This document shows, one piece after another, positions 9,488-20,100 of a stretch of DNA of 64,000 nt. Position 1 is the stretch's first letter. Each line of letters starts with the position of its first letter. The position numbers and the translations under genes are program-made. Location of the stretch: the NCBI GenBank assembly GCA_016219285.1, contig JACRNJ010000006.1, forward strand, positions 4,988 through 68,987, in the 5' to 3' direction. The notes beneath the pieces are model-generated. The model did no database searches. It was given only the letters and a program-made list of their open reading frames with translations, and was not told the origin of the DNA. The DNA comes from Deltaproteobacteria bacterium. GTDB taxonomy: Bacteria > Desulfobacterota > GWC2-55-46 > UBA9637.

Positions 9488-10735
9488 ATGACCAACAACA
9501 ATTCATTTCAAGGGGTTCTGGACAGGCTTGAAGCTGTCAACAAGCATTTGAATATTCCTCCGGCAATCCATAACAGGCTGAGTTCGCCACGACGTTCACT
9601 TATTGTATCTCTGCCGGTAAGGATGGACAATGGAGAGGTAAAATGTTTTGAAGGCTACAGGGTGCATTATAATACCGCCAGAGGCCCTGCAAAAGGCGGG
9701 ATAAGGTATCATCCAAATGTCACTTTAAACGAGATAACAACCCTCGCCGCGCTCATGACCTGGAAATGCGCTATCGTAGATTTACCATTCGGCGGCGCCA
9801 AGGGCGGTGTTGCCTGCGACACAACCAAGATGAGCCGCGACGAGATAAAAAGGATGACCCGCAGGTATACCCACGAAATCGCCATGTTTATAGGTCCTGA
9901 GTCTGACATACTTGCGCCTGATATGTACACAGACGAGCAGGTAATGGCATGGATAATGGACACCTACTCTACAATCAAGGGTTACTCTGTGCCGGGCGTT
10001 GTTACCGGAAAACCTGTGTGCCTAGGGGGTTCGTTGGGCAGAAAGACAGCCACATCTCATGGCCTTGTAACTGTCCTGCTGGAGGCTGTTAAACATCTTG
10101 GGCTTTCCTATAAAGACCTCGCGGTTTCAATCATCGGCTTTGGCAATGTTGGCGCAAATGCCGCAGATATACTTCATGAAAAAGGAATGCGCATAGTCGG
10201 CCTGGCAGATTCCAAGGCTGCTATTTACAATGCAAAAGGTTTGGATATCAAGGCTGTTAAAAAGTATAAGGCTGACAAAAAATCACTTGCCGGCTTCAAA
10301 GAGGCGGAACAAGTTTCTATAGATGAACTGGTTGGCCTCAAGTGCGATGTGCTTATCCCCGCTGCTGTAGAAAGCCAGATAAATTTAAAAAATGCAAAGA
10401 GTGTTCAGGCTAGAATAATTGCAGAAGGCGCCAATGCTCCAACAACCAGAGAAGCAGATGCAATACTCAATGATAAAGAGGTGTTTATACTGCCCGACAT
10501 CGTGGCAAATGCCGGAGGTGTTGTGGTTTCGTATTTTGAGTGGGTGCAGGATATTCAGAGATATTTCTGGCATGAAGATGAAATACAAAAAAGATTAGAA
10601 AGCATTATGGTTAAAGCCTTTAAACATGTTCTAACAGTATCTCAGGATAAAAAGGTTGACATGCGGACAGCCGCAATGATTCTGGGGGTTGGTCGCGTAG
10701 CTGAGGCCAGTGCGGTAAGAGGTTTGTATCCTTGA
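9488..10735 (+). CDS. gdhA: Glu/Leu/Phe/Val-family amino acid dehydrogenase (glutamate dehydrogenase-like)
   Basis: 415 aa, GGAKGG motif and Rossmann GFGNVG motif. Confidence 0.8.
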   Translation: MTNNNSFQGVLDRLEAVNKHLNIPPAIHNRLSSPRRSLIVSLPVRMDNGEVKCFEGYRVHYNTARGPAKGGIRYHPNVTLNEITTLAALMTWKCAIVDLPFGGAKGGVACDTTKMSRDEIKRMTRRYTHEIAMFIGPESDILAPDMYTDEQVMAWIMDTYSTIKGYSVPGVVTGKPVCLGGSLGRKTATSHGLVTVLLEAVKHLGLSYKDLAVSIIGFGNVGANAADILHEKGMRIVGLADSKAAIYNAKGLDIKAVKKYKADKKSLAGFKEAEQVSIDELVGLKCDVLIPAAVESQINLKNAKSVQARIIAEGANAPTTREADAILNDKEVFILPDIVANAGGVVVSYFEWVQDIQRYFWHEDEIQKRLESIMVKAFKHVLTVSQDKKVDMRTAAMILGVGRVAEASAVRGLYP

Positions 10736-10835
10736 TACAGTTGTCTTGAGTATCGTGTTATGGATTGTTAACTGCTTACTACCTAATCATTTACCACTGA
10801 CCCTAAAATACTTCTGTCAATACAAAGTGAAAATG

Positions 10836-12110
10836 TCATCCCCTTTGCAAAGTGAAAATGTCACTTTTCTGTTTTTGAACAGGGTATTTTTGCAGCAATC
10901 TTGTTATTGGTTCCGGTAAAGTATTTAACATCCTATCCGGTTTGGAAACTGTTTTCAGCTCTTTGACATTCAGATAGTACTCCTTATATTTGATATAGAC
11001 TGTAGAATCCAGTCTTACCTCTACAGTTACTTTAGCCTTTGCATAAGAATATCTTCTACCATCCGGAAGTATCTGGAATATACGGTTCTTAAAAGAAAGG
11101 GTATTGTCAGCCATTACCGTTCTTTCCTCCCTGACAGAAAAGACCGCATCCATATCTACATGATTTGGGAGTGGTCTATAGGCTGGGGCTGCCTCTTTAG
11201 GAGATATTGCAAACTTTGAATTATATTTAGGCAGGAATGTTTTATGGAGGTATTTATTGGCATCTTTGATATTTGATATGCCCATGACCCTCATCTCCTT
11301 AAGAAGCCTGTCCTGAAAGGTTTTAAAGAGCCTTTCTATGCGGCCTTTTGCCTGAGGGGAGTTTGCCAGAATAAGATTTATCCCTATCTCAGAGAGCGCC
11401 ATTTCAATCTGTGTAGGCTCGTAAATACCTGTTAGATTGACACTGTAAGAAGAGTGGCGGGTAGTCTTAAAATGGCTTGCCCTATCTACATAAAAGGCAG
11501 CAGGCAAGCCCTTGTTCAGGATAAGTTCCCTCATAACCTGCATATTGTTAACGGTAGAGTCGGAATCTACGAATAGGGCATATGGGACTTCACCTGTAGC
11601 ATCATCTATGGCAGCAATAAGGGAGGCAACAGGGGCTCTGCCAAAAAACCAGTCATGTTCAGATGTGTCCATCTGGATTAAGAGCCCTTCCCTCGGCATT
11701 CTATCCCTCCTGGCGCGGTGTTTGGGGCGCTTTCTTGATTTGGTTCTTAGATTTGCATTGAGAAGGAGTGTCCTTATAAACTCTCTGGACACAGAGATGC
11801 CATGTTCCTCTTCGAGGGTCTCTTTAAAGTGGGAGCAATTATAGTCCTTATATGTGTTGGAATAGAGGTTTAAGATGGTTTTCTTTACAGGGGCAAGAAT
11901 AGCGATGCAAGGGACATTCCCCTTATTCCCATGGACAACTCCCTTTATGCCGTCTCTCTTGACTTTCTTTCTAAGCCTTATTACTTGTCTTACAGAAAGG
12001 TTTAACAACCGGGCTGCCTCCTTATTCTTTAATTTACCATCTAACAAATCCTTAATAATAGAATGTTTTGTTATCTCTTTCTGACTCAAAGTGATTACCT
12101 CCTCCTTCAT
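10836..12110 (-). CDS. ISNCY-family transposase (N-terminal HTH, integrase/rve catalytic core)
   Basis: 424 aa. The N-terminus matches IS1202/ISNCY transposases (MKEEVITLSQKEITK...AARLLNLSVRQVIRLRKK). A DDE-type integrase core is implied by the family. Confidence 0.8.
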   Translation of the reverse strand: MKEEVITLSQKEITKHSIIKDLLDGKLKNKEAARLLNLSVRQVIRLRKKVKRDGIKGVVHGNKGNVPCIAILAPVKKTILNLYSNTYKDYNCSHFKETLEEEHGISVSREFIRTLLLNANLRTKSRKRPKHRARRDRMPREGLLIQMDTSEHDWFFGRAPVASLIAAIDDATGEVPYALFVDSDSTVNNMQVMRELILNKGLPAAFYVDRASHFKTTRHSSYSVNLTGIYEPTQIEMALSEIGINLILANSPQAKGRIERLFKTFQDRLLKEMRVMGISNIKDANKYLHKTFLPKYNSKFAISPKEAAPAYRPLPNHVDMDAVFSVREERTVMADNTLSFKNRIFQILPDGRRYSYAKAKVTVEVRLDSTVYIKYKEYYLNVKELKTVSKPDRMLNTLPEPITRLLQKYPVQKQKSDIFTLQRG

Positions 12111-12188
12111 ATATCCCTCATGGTTATTTGATTATTATTTGATTACCTCCTCCTTCATATATCCCTCATGGTTATTTGATTATTATTT
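12093..12188. repeat. Perfect 48-bp tandem duplication covering the transposase start codon and RBS
   Basis: gattacctcctccttcatatatccctcatggttatttgattattattt is repeated twice back to back. Its reverse complement contains aaggaggaggtaatc, which is the transposase RBS plus ATG. Confidence 0.9.
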
Positions 12189-12336
12189 GACCCAGGAAGG
12201 ATACCTTAAATCTTACGGAGGTGACATTATCACTTTGCAATAAAAGGTGACATTATCACTTTGCAACTACATAAGATAAAACAAGCCTTGACAAAAGCGT
12301 AATATTTTTTTAATATTATTTTTTAATATTTTAATA

Positions 12337-12412
12337 GGGCCCATAGCTCAGTTGGAAGAGCCACCGGCTCATAACCGGTCGGTCCCTGGTTCGAGTCCAG
12401 GTGGGCCCACCA
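12337..12412 (+). tRNA. tRNA-Met (anticodon CAT; elongator-type or tRNA-Ile2 lysidine type)
   Basis: 76-nt cloverleaf: acceptor gggccca/tgggccc, anticodon loop ctCATaa, T-loop ggttcgagtcc, 3' CCA encoded. Confidence 0.85.
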
Positions 12413-12434
12413 AAAATATATCTGGGGAATTTTT

Positions 12435-13154
12435 TTGGAAAACCAACTATTATTGCTTAAGAAGATTCAGGATATTGATATTCAAATAGGCTTAATAGAG
12501 CAGGAAACCAGGGATACAAATACTGATGTGGAAAGACTTTCTGCAGAGGTTAAGAAATATGAAGATGAGTTAAAGGCAATTAACGGCGAACTTGCCGAAA
12601 TAGAAAATACGAAACTATCATTAGAGGATGAGCTTGCCGAATGCGCGGAAAGGGTAAAGAAAAATGATGAGAGGCTGAAGAATATAAAAAACGATAAGGA
12701 ATTCAAAGCCGTTACAAAGGAGATAAATTCAGCTAAAAAAGGGAAACTGACAAAAGAAGGCGAAATTAATAAATTAAACGAAAAGATAAGCGAAAAACTG
12801 ACGGCTGTAAAAGAAAAAGAAGATAAATTAAATAATAAGAAGGCAGAGCTCAAAGCAAAGGAATCAAACATTGAAACAAATAATGAGAATTGGGAAAAGG
12901 TGATAAAAGAAAGGAAAGAGGAAAAAACGGAAATTACAAAAGATATTTCTCCTTCCATTTTGAAAAAATATGAAACAATAAGAGAAAAGAGGCAGGGTAT
13001 AGCTATTGTATCCGCAGCAGGCGGCACCTGCCATGGCTGCCATATGAATATACCTCCTCAGGCATATATACAGCTCCAAAAAGGTTCTTCAGACCTTATT
13101 TTTTGCCCCCACTGTCACCGTATACTCTATTGGAATTCAATAGCTACTGTATAG
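12435..13154 (+). CDS. C4-type zinc-ribbon coiled-coil protein (COG1579/DUF164-like)
   Basis: 239 aa with a long coiled-coil and a C-terminal CHGCHMNIP...CPHCHRIL zinc ribbon. Confidence 0.7.
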   Translation: MENQLLLLKKIQDIDIQIGLIEQETRDTNTDVERLSAEVKKYEDELKAINGELAEIENTKLSLEDELAECAERVKKNDERLKNIKNDKEFKAVTKEINSAKKGKLTKEGEINKLNEKISEKLTAVKEKEDKLNNKKAELKAKESNIETNNENWEKVIKERKEEKTEITKDISPSILKKYETIREKRQGIAIVSAAGGTCHGCHMNIPPQAYIQLQKGSSDLIFCPHCHRILYWNSIATV

Positions 13155-13205
13155 CAGCAAGAAAAAGGGCAGCCTGCTTAAAACATCCAGCGACATTAAC
13201 CTGCA

Positions 13206-13814
13206 TTGGAAAACGACCTCGCATATAGATTCCTCAAGAGATTAGCAGAGACTCTTGATATTTCCAAGACAATGAAAGATTTTCCGGAAATGAGGAGCCA
13301 GGATATACAACCTTTTCTTCTTAAGCTTGCGGATATTTTCAAGATAAGCGAATATACATCAGCAGATAGCCATTTGAGGGTTGATAGTAAAATGTTCAAT
13401 ATCTATGTAGATGGGGCATCAAGAGGAAATCCTGGTGATGCAGGGGTTGGAGTTGTTATAGCAACTGGGAGTGGCAAGGTATTGAAGGAAATAGAAAAAT
13501 ATCTTGGTAAGGCTACAAATAATGTGGCAGAATATCAAGCCCTCATTCTTGCGCTAAAAGAAGCAAAAGCACTTGGTGTGGAAGCAATTAACATATTTGC
13601 AGATTCAGAACTTATGGTTAAGCAGATAAAAGGCGAATACAAGGTGAAAAGCGCTGGCCTTTTGCCGCTTTATCGAGAGGCAAAAGCCTTATTGATAGAA
13701 TTCAGCAGATATGATATTATTCATATAAACAGAGAAAGGAATACAGAAGCAGATAGGCTTGCAAATCAGGCAATAGATGCAAAGATTCGTCCTGTTTTAA
13801 AAGGTGCTGGTTAA
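13206..13814 (+). CDS. RNase H-family protein (RNase HI-like); the first ~60 codons may be an N-terminal extension or untranslated, with alternative ATG starts at 13392 and 13419
   Basis: RNase H motifs VDGASRGNPGDAGVG...AEYQALILALK...ADSELMV...NTEADRLAN. The track ORF starts at a TTG. Confidence 0.7.
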   Translation: MENDLAYRFLKRLAETLDISKTMKDFPEMRSQDIQPFLLKLADIFKISEYTSADSHLRVDSKMFNIYVDGASRGNPGDAGVGVVIATGSGKVLKEIEKYLGKATNNVAEYQALILALKEAKALGVEAINIFADSELMVKQIKGEYKVKSAGLLPLYREAKALLIEFSRYDIIHINRERNTEADRLANQAIDAKIRPVLKGAG

Positions 13815-13848
13815 AAGTAATAATGGAAAATTAAATAATGACACTGTT

Positions 13849-14334
13849 GAAGAGGGATTCGCTGAAGTGAGACGAGATGGCCGCTGCCCCGGTGTTATAT
13901 CGGGATAGAGGAAAGTCCGGACTCCACAGGGCAGGGAGGTCGCTAACGGCGACCTGGATAATCCAAGGGAAAGGGCCACAGAAAATAAACCGCCCCGCGC
14001 CTTACGGTGCGAGTTATCAGTCAAAAGCCAAAAGCCATTAGTATTTTTTTTACTGGTGACTGATGGCTAATGACTCCTGACTCCGAGGCGTCAGCCTCGG
14101 TGGGTAAGGGTGAAACGGCGGGGTAAGAGCCCACCGCCCCGATGGCGACATCGGGGGCTTGGCAACCCCCTCTCGGAGCAAGACCAAATAGGAAGGCATT
14201 TAAGGACTGCCCGTCCGCGCCTTCGGGTTGGTTGCTTGAGGTGCTGAGCAATCAGCATCCCAGATGAATGGCCATCGTTCCAATGCAATATCGGAAAGAC
14301 AGAATCCGGCTTATTGTTTCACTTCAGCGAATAA
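13849..14334 (+). ncRNA. rnpB: RNase P RNA (bacterial type A)
   Basis: The P1 helix pairs gaagagggattcgctgaagtga with tcacttcagcgaat. Conserved GGAAAGTCCGGACTCCACAGGGCAGGG, AGGGTGAAACGGCGGGGTAAGAGCCCACC and ACAGAATCCGGCTTA blocks are present. The six-frame ORFs overlapping it are spurious. Confidence 0.85.
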
Positions 14335-14404
14335 TTTTTCAGTGTATCAATTTGGGAGAGCGATTATATACATTATGGCAGTAAAATGATATCTGTTTCA
14401 ACCA

Positions 14405-15298
14405 TTATCTAATTGCTAACTTCTTTAAGGATATGCTGCTTCCTAAAATGCCTAGGATAACCCCTGTGGCGATAAGCCCCGAAGTAAAGTAGATTGTAAA
14501 AACAGGCAGGTCAACAAATTGGGCAAATGCAGACGGCGTCTTTAACATCAAAAAATACCTACCCATATACAACAGGCCAATAGATATAACTGCACCTAAA
14601 AAGCCTTCCAGTATAGCTTCTATAAAAAAAGGTGCCTTTATAAATATATTGGTTGCCCCTATTAAACCTAATATCTCTATTTCTTCTCTTCTGGAATATA
14701 AAGTAAGCCTTATGGTGTTTGACACGATAAAAACTGTGGCGACAAGGAGAAAACTGCCTATGATTAAGGCAAAACCCTCTACAAATTTGATAAAAACAAA
14801 GAATCTCTCCACCCATTCCTGGCCATATTGGACATCCTCAATACCGCCAATCATCTTCAGTCTTGAGGTAAGCCCTTTGACACCTTGAGGGTTTCTGAAT
14901 AAACCTTTTACTCTAATCTCCAGCGATGCTGGAAACGGGTTTATACCCAACCCATCTAATATTCCTTTTTGCCCCTTCAACTCTTCTTTAAATATAGAAA
15001 ATGCCTTTTCCTTAGAAAGATATTCCGAATCCTCTACCTCAGGCATACCTGCTATTTCTTTCCTGATATTTAAAATAGTGTCTTGCGGCAAATCATCTTT
15101 CAGATAAGCTACAACCTGAATACGTTTGCCAATACTGCTTAGTATGTTGTTCAAATTTATAAAAAAACCCAGAAATAATCCGCATATGGCCAGAGATATC
15201 GCAATGGTTGCAATTGTTACAAGGGATGTCGCAAGATTACTCCTTATATTTTGGAACGATTCGGAAATGAAATGTGCAAACCATCTAAAGTAATTCAA
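14405..15298 (-). CDS. ftsX: Cell division ABC transporter permease FtsX
   Basis: 297 aa with FtsX topology and family similarity (MNYFRWFAHFISESFQNIRSNLATSL...). Confidence 0.85.
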   Translation of the reverse strand: MNYFRWFAHFISESFQNIRSNLATSLVTIATIAISLAICGLFLGFFINLNNILSSIGKRIQVVAYLKDDLPQDTILNIRKEIAGMPEVEDSEYLSKEKAFSIFKEELKGQKGILDGLGINPFPASLEIRVKGLFRNPQGVKGLTSRLKMIGGIEDVQYGQEWVERFFVFIKFVEGFALIIGSFLLVATVFIVSNTIRLTLYSRREEIEILGLIGATNIFIKAPFFIEAILEGFLGAVISIGLLYMGRYFLMLKTPSAFAQFVDLPVFTIYFTSGLIATGVILGILGSSISLKKLAIR

Positions 15299-15317
15299 GT
15301 TACATCCACTTTAAGCA

Positions 15318-15995
15318 TTAGTTTACTATCCTGCCTCTATCAAGAAGAATGGCCCGTTTGTTAAATCTGTCTATTATGGATTTATCATGGGTAGCAACAA
15401 CAACAGTTGTTCCCCTGAGGTTTATATCATTAAAAAGATTGATTATATCTACAGCCCTCTCAGGGTCAAGATTTCCTGTAGGTTCATCAGCAAGAAGAAT
15501 AGTTGGTTCCTTTGCCAATGCCCGCGCAATAGCCACCCTCTGCTGCTCTCCGCCTGAAAGCGTTAATGGCTTAAAATTTGCTTTATGCTGAAGCCCCAAA
15601 TAAGAGAGCACCTTAAGGATCTTTTTACTTATGTCGTTGTTGTCCATACCTGTAATTCTGAGAGCCAGGGCAATATTATCAAAAACTGTTTTGTTGTTTA
15701 AAAGCTTAAAATCCTGAAAAACAAAACCTATCTTTCTTCTAAAAAATGGGATATCTTTTTTCCTAAATCTTGATATATTTTTTCCGCCCATTATAATTTG
15801 CCCTTGTGTAGGTTTCTCCATATAGAACATAAGCCTTAATAGTGTTGACTTGCCAGCCCCGCTTGCCCCGGTTATAAAAACAAACTCCCCTTTATCAATC
15901 TTAAAGGTTACATCTGTTAATGCAGACATGCCGTCATAATTCTTATATACATGAAACATGTTTATCATATTCGGCCCAGACAATGTCCCCGCCAT
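15318..15995 (-). CDS. ftsE: Cell division ATP-binding protein FtsE; the true start is probably a few codons internal
   Basis: Walker [13 protein letters not shown] signature [15 protein letters not shown], Walker [13 protein letters not shown]. Confidence 0.85.
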   Translation of the reverse strand: MAGTLSGPNMINMFHVYKNYDGMSALTDVTFKIDKGEFVFITGASGAGKSTLLRLMFYMEKPTQGQIIMGGKNISRFRKKDIPFFRRKIGFVFQDFKLLNNKTVFDNIALALRITGMDNNDISKKILKVLSYLGLQHKANFKPLTLSGGEQQRVAIARALAKEPTILLADEPTGNLDPERAVDIINLFNDINLRGTTVVVATHDKSIIDRFNKRAILLDRGRIVN

Positions 15996-16016
15996 TTATA
16001 TATAGCTTGGATGCTC

Positions 16017-17162
16017 CTAAAATAGTTTTTTTATTTTCTCCTCTGCAAATATCTGTGTAATTTTTTCTTGCTCTAGTCTGATATTATTTTGTCGCAAATG
16101 GTTGTAAAGCTTCACCTCTGATTCTGAAAGTCGTTGCAAAGTTTGATTTGTTGCCAGCCTTCCTTCTCCGCTTTTGAAATTTGTCAAAGTTTCTTCATCC
16201 ATCATTACAGCAATCGTGTTCGTGAAATATGTCCTGAACTGATTGAGAATTTGAAAGCCTTGCGCATCTAAATCTCCCCAGTAGTAAAACTGTTTACTCT
16301 TTAACCAGTCAATGTCTTTAAGGTAACTCACACTAAAACCGCCGCCGCTCCAAATTGCAATTGTTTTTGTCAAGCAGGGAAGGGTAAGAAAATTCATTAT
16401 ATTCTCCGCAACAAAGATGTTGTCGCAATGAGAATGGAAGTTGCTGAACTCAGAAAGTGTCAATGAAATGTCAGTTGCCGTTTTTATTGGAGAGAACCGG
16501 TTATCCAAAAATCTAATTCTGATTAACGGCTCTGCATATTTCAAATTGAATCGCTTTTCAAATTTTCTTTCGTTTTGATTTATACTGTCTGGAATCAAAA
16601 ATTCTAAAAGTGATTGAATGATACTTTCGTTTTCGGAAATGTATTTCGTATGGATGTCAATAGGCAATTGTCTGATGTATAAATCAGGTTTTGGATTTTC
16701 TAAGAAATACCTGCAAACTTTCAAGGTGTCAAACCATGTGTCGTGTTCAATCAACCTTATCGGGTTTGCTTTTATCCATTTGTGAAGCGCAGGCAATTCC
16801 TGAATTATCATTGAATGATTTTTCAAAAATATTCCATACCCTTGTTCCTTTCCCACAATCCGCAAGTAATCATCAATGCTTTCTACAATAATTTTTTCAG
16901 GAACCTGCTGCTTGCCGATTTTATCAAACTGTCTTTCTGCCAAAATTAATTTGTAACCAAGTTTTTTATTTTCTTTTGAATGGCTTTGCAATAAGCAAAC
17001 AGAATCTCTGTAGGCAGAAAGATTTTTTAAAATATCTTTTGAATTTATTTTTCCGATTCTATTTATCTCTTTGGGGAAATATGAAAGAGAATTAGATGCA
17101 GAAAGCAAAACATCTTTCCACCATCTTAAACACTGCCCTTGTATTTCCTTCGGAGTTATCAT
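16017..17162 (-). CDS. jetD: Wadjet system protein JetD (DUF3322 + DUF2220/Toprim-like)
   Basis: 381 aa. The C-terminal YWGDLDAQGFQILNQFR toprim-like motif is characteristic of JetD/MksG. It is the last gene of the four-gene jet operon. Confidence 0.7.
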   Translation of the reverse strand: MITPKEIQGQCLRWWKDVLLSASNSLSYFPKEINRIGKINSKDILKNLSAYRDSVCLLQSHSKENKKLGYKLILAERQFDKIGKQQVPEKIIVESIDDYLRIVGKEQGYGIFLKNHSMIIQELPALHKWIKANPIRLIEHDTWFDTLKVCRYFLENPKPDLYIRQLPIDIHTKYISENESIIQSLLEFLIPDSINQNERKFEKRFNLKYAEPLIRIRFLDNRFSPIKTATDISLTLSEFSNFHSHCDNIFVAENIMNFLTLPCLTKTIAIWSGGGFSVSYLKDIDWLKSKQFYYWGDLDAQGFQILNQFRTYFTNTIAVMMDEETLTNFKSGEGRLATNQTLQRLSESEVKLYNHLRQNNIRLEQEKITQIFAEEKIKKLF

Positions 17163-20100
17163 CAGTTCGTTTCCGTTATTTCAATCCTATTGATGAGCGC
17201 ATTGTGTAAATATTTTTGTTCTTTGTATTCCTCAACTGTCAGGTTCTGCAATTGGGAATTGTTCCCGTCTGTGTTGGATACATAATGAACAGAATTTATG
17301 TAATTCTCAATCACATGAATTTTTTGTAACGGAGTTACAATCAATAATTGCAAATTCAGTTTTTTGAAAAGTCCTAACCCGAATTGGGTGCTTTCGTCAT
17401 CACCCCTGCCAAATGCTTCATCAATAACTACAAAACGGAATGATTTGCTTCTCGGTTCTCCATAGGACAAACCAAACTGATACGCTAATGCAGAAGCTAA
17501 AATTGTGTATGCTAACTTTTCTTTCTGTCCGCCCGACTTTCCAGATGTGCCTGCGTAAAACTCCTTTTCTGAATCATCTTCCAAATATTTTTCGCTTGCA
17601 TTAAAGATGAACCAGTTTCTTACATCAGTAACTTTATTCGTCCATTCAATTTGTTTGCTGTCATTGCTGCTGAAACGGTCTAAAATATTTTTCACTTGTG
17701 TAAATCGGTCTTCCGTGTAGGCATCGCTTGTTCCCAAAATGTTGCTGTAACATTCTTTCAACTCTTGTCTGAACTGTTTTATTTCTTGGTCAGAGTTTCT
17801 ATCGTCCAATAATTTTATGTAAGTGCCTTTGTTGAATTCAATTTCTTTCAAGTGCTTATTTATTTCTTCAATTTTCTTTTTGATTGATTTGAAATGATTA
17901 TCCAACTTACTGTCAAAAGCAACAATATCGTTGATGGTATTTTCATTTAACATTTTTTTGAATCGCGCTTCATGTGTTGGCAAACCATCCTTAAGAATTT
18001 TATTCAGCTTATCTAAGTATTCTGCTCTGCTTTCAATTTCATCAGATAACTCCATTGAATCGGAAGGAAACTGATTTTTGTATTCCTTCATTTGCTTAAT
18101 GATTTTATCTCTAACACTGCTTTGTTTTTCAGTAACAGATTTTCTTTCCTCATTTTTTAATTTCAAAAAATTGTCTTCGGCCTTGTCAATGTTTTTAACA
18201 GTAAGTGAAGTGTCTTTAAGTTCTTCAGCAATTTTAGGGTAGAAGGATTCTCTTTCGTTTTGCAGCAGAGTTGCTGCTATTTGTTTGCATTCCTCAATTT
18301 CTTCCCTGTTCTCTTTTGTTTTTTCATCAAACTTTCCTTTATCTTCCAATCCTTGTGTTTGTTGCTTTTCTAATTCACCAATTTCATTCTGAACAATTTT
18401 TAATTGTTCTTGCAGCGTTTTTAAAATATCATTGCTGCTTTCTAAATTCTTTTTCTCCATCTCCAATTTAGAAATTTCCTTTGCTTCATCTTGCCAATTC
18501 AACTCATTCCAGTTGGTATAAGCAGTTACTAAATTGAGTTTGGTGTTTAAAGTTGTGTTCTTGCCGATTTCTGTTTTCAGTTTTCCTAATGCTTCATCAA
18601 TTTCCTTTTTCTCTTTTCGTAATTCATTCAAGTGTTTTTCAACTGCAAGTATTTTTTCCTTGTTCGTCCAACCTAAAACAAAATTTCTTCTATCCCATAA
18701 TTCCCTGCGGTCGTCCTTTGTGTGTCGTTGGCTTCCTGTCTTAAATTGTCCTTCTTTTGTAATTACATCACTCTGTCTTTGAAATTCTTCTAATGGAACA
18801 CATCTTAAATTGAATCGCCTTTGTAGTTCTGCCTGCAACCATTCTTCAAAAGGGGTGTCGGTTTTAATATCAATTTTATTAACGACTGAATCAGTGTCAA
18901 TATCATTTTGAAAATTATTCAGTTTGAAATTGTGAGACGCTTTAAAATATTCAAACCTCATTCCCCTGTTCTTATTATCTTTCAACTTCCGTGCATTAAC
19001 ATATTCACTTATCTGCCTGTAATGTTTTTCAGGAACTAACATACTAATGCCAAATCCTCGCAGCAATCTCTCTAAAGCGCCTTCCCAATCTTTTTCACTT
19101 TCATTTACTTTTAGCAATTCACCCGCAAAAGGAATTTCTTCTTCTTTAATTTCTAAATCGTTTGCTAACTGCTCACGGATGTTTAATATCTCCAAAGGAA
19201 TTTGATTTACTCTGTTTTTAAGAGACTCTAATTCTTTATTTTCCGATTCAATATTTTCATCAATCAAAGATATTTTACCAATTAATTTTCCGTGTTCTCC
19301 TAAAATTATTTGTTGTCTGTTTTCCAGCTCGCCGATTTTTTGCTTAGCTGATTTCAAATTTGAATAAAAAGTTTTCTCGGCATTTGCCGTTGGCAAACCA
19401 CAAACAGAAGTGAGTTCGGAATATAACTCATATTTTCCTTTTTTTGATTTCTTATCCTTTCCCCTCTGCTCAATTTCATAGGCAATTTGTTTTAACCTTG
19501 CCCCTCCATTGTTATCAATGTCCTGGCTGATTTGATTCTCTGCCTTTCTTTTTATTTTTAATCCTTCTTTTATTAGAGAAAGTTGGGTTGCGAGTTGATT
19601 TAATTTTCCTTCGCACAATTTTATTTCTTCTTGCAGCAAGTCAACTTTCTTTGAAGCAAACCAGCTCGGAATAGATTGAACAATATTATCAATCTCTTGA
19701 ATTAGCCTTTCAAAATTTCCGAAACTTTCACCCAATTCCACTAATGGTTTTAAAATATCCCTTTGCCTCCGCGCCTCTTGTACGGCTGCATATGCCTTAT
19801 TCAAATCATCAAAGCGTTTTTTGAGTTCATCAATTTGTGTTTTTATTTCAGTTCGCTCCAACATTTGCTCTCTAACAAATGCTGTCAGACTGCTGACTGA
19901 TTTCATTGAAACAGTTTGATAAAACAGGTCAATTGCTTTATCGGAATTCATTCCGAATAAATGACGAAACCTTTGACTGTATTGAGAAAAATTATCGTCA
20001 AACAATTCAATGAAAGAATGTGCTTTTAATTTCTTTCTTAACCCTCTGGCATCTTCAATGTCGGTGAAATATTCTTTTATCGTAAGCGGGCTGCTGCTGA

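Larger units (their letters stand above)
10823..12267. mobile_element. IS element (ISNCY/IS1202-like) with terminal inverted repeats; each end carries two tandem copies of the ~20-bp IR
   Basis: Left end: caaagtgaaaatgtcat (10823-10839) and ttgcaaagtgaaaatgtcac (10845-10864). Right end: gtgacattatcactttgcaa (12221-12240) and ggtgacattatcactttgcaa (12247-12267), which are reverse complements of the left copies with 1-2 mismatches. A transposase gene lies between them. Confidence 0.7.

Noticed and set aside
12482-13027. 181-aa minus-strand ORF with an S/F-rich low-complexity translation
   Set aside because: It is antisense to the well-supported zinc-ribbon coiled-coil gene. Its composition is an artefact of reading the K/E-rich gene in reverse. 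It has no motifs.
14021-14288. Two short ORFs (76 and 65 aa) on the minus strand
   Set aside because: They lie entirely within the RNase P RNA gene (rnpB). GC-rich structured RNA commonly yields spurious ORFs.
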